Of a stretch of DNA of 64,000 nucleotides, positions 63,901 to 64,000 are shown piece by piece. Origin of the DNA: Azolla caroliniana (taxonomy: Eukaryota > Plantae > Polypodiophyta); contig JBHGNT010000010.1 in the NCBI GenBank assembly GCA_043228905.1, forward strand, positions 16,182,001-16,246,000. The letters are read 5' to 3'. Numbering within the stretch: the first letter of the stretch is position 1; each line of letters opens with the position of its first letter. The notes beneath the pieces were generated by a model, which was given only the letters and a program-made list of their open reading frames with translations, was not told the DNA's origin and searched no databases. A program made the translations under genes and the position numbers.

Positions 63901-64000
63901 TCTTTACATTGATAAATTAGAAGAAGATGAATAAGGTTGCAAGAGAAGAAGGATTGAATGCCCTCAAATTGATGCAACATGTTATCTTATTGCTTCTATA
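57910..64000 (+). mobile_element. RTE-like LINE RT fragment split by the copia at 58482-63908
   Basis: QAGFRPKH, FVDFKKAFD, GVKEGCPLSPTLFGLCID|KLEE continuing after 63908. Confidence 0.82.
58482..63908 (+). mobile_element. Full-length but defective Ty1/copia element
   Basis: LTRs 58482-58844 and 63547-63908 (TG..CA), TSD TTGAT, PBS tggtatcagagc 58845-58856, PPT ~63536-63546, gag-PR-IN-RT-RH order with stops and frameshifts. Confidence 0.96.

Overview
Eukaryotic nuclear DNA from a land plant, probably seed-free (inferred from the TE families and the long TE-filled introns). It holds two convergent host loci. (1) An 11-exon + strand group IV-A (CNGC19/20-like) cyclic nucleotide-gated channel gene at ~553-36050, with 10.2-kb and 13.7-kb introns, canonical splice sites, and one in-frame TGA in exon 7. 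(2) A - strand SYP81/syntaxin-18-like pseudogene at 36980-53296 with several stops, frameshifts and a 13.8-kb first intron. Introns and flanks are filled with nested Ty1/copia elements (two delimited by both LTRs, PBS, PPT and TSD), solo LTRs, a gypsy remnant, several RTE/RTEX-like LINE families, three hAT-type MITEs, a tRNA-Ala-derived insertion and a plastid 23S rDNA fragment. I cannot demonstrate a wholly new system. The best leads are a covarying 3' stem-loop shared by different LINE families, a canonical PIP-box in the C-terminal tail of LINE ORF2, the lone and potentially bypassable CNGC stop, and several filler-DNA or fold-back repair scars. All family assignments are from recalled motifs, not database searches.
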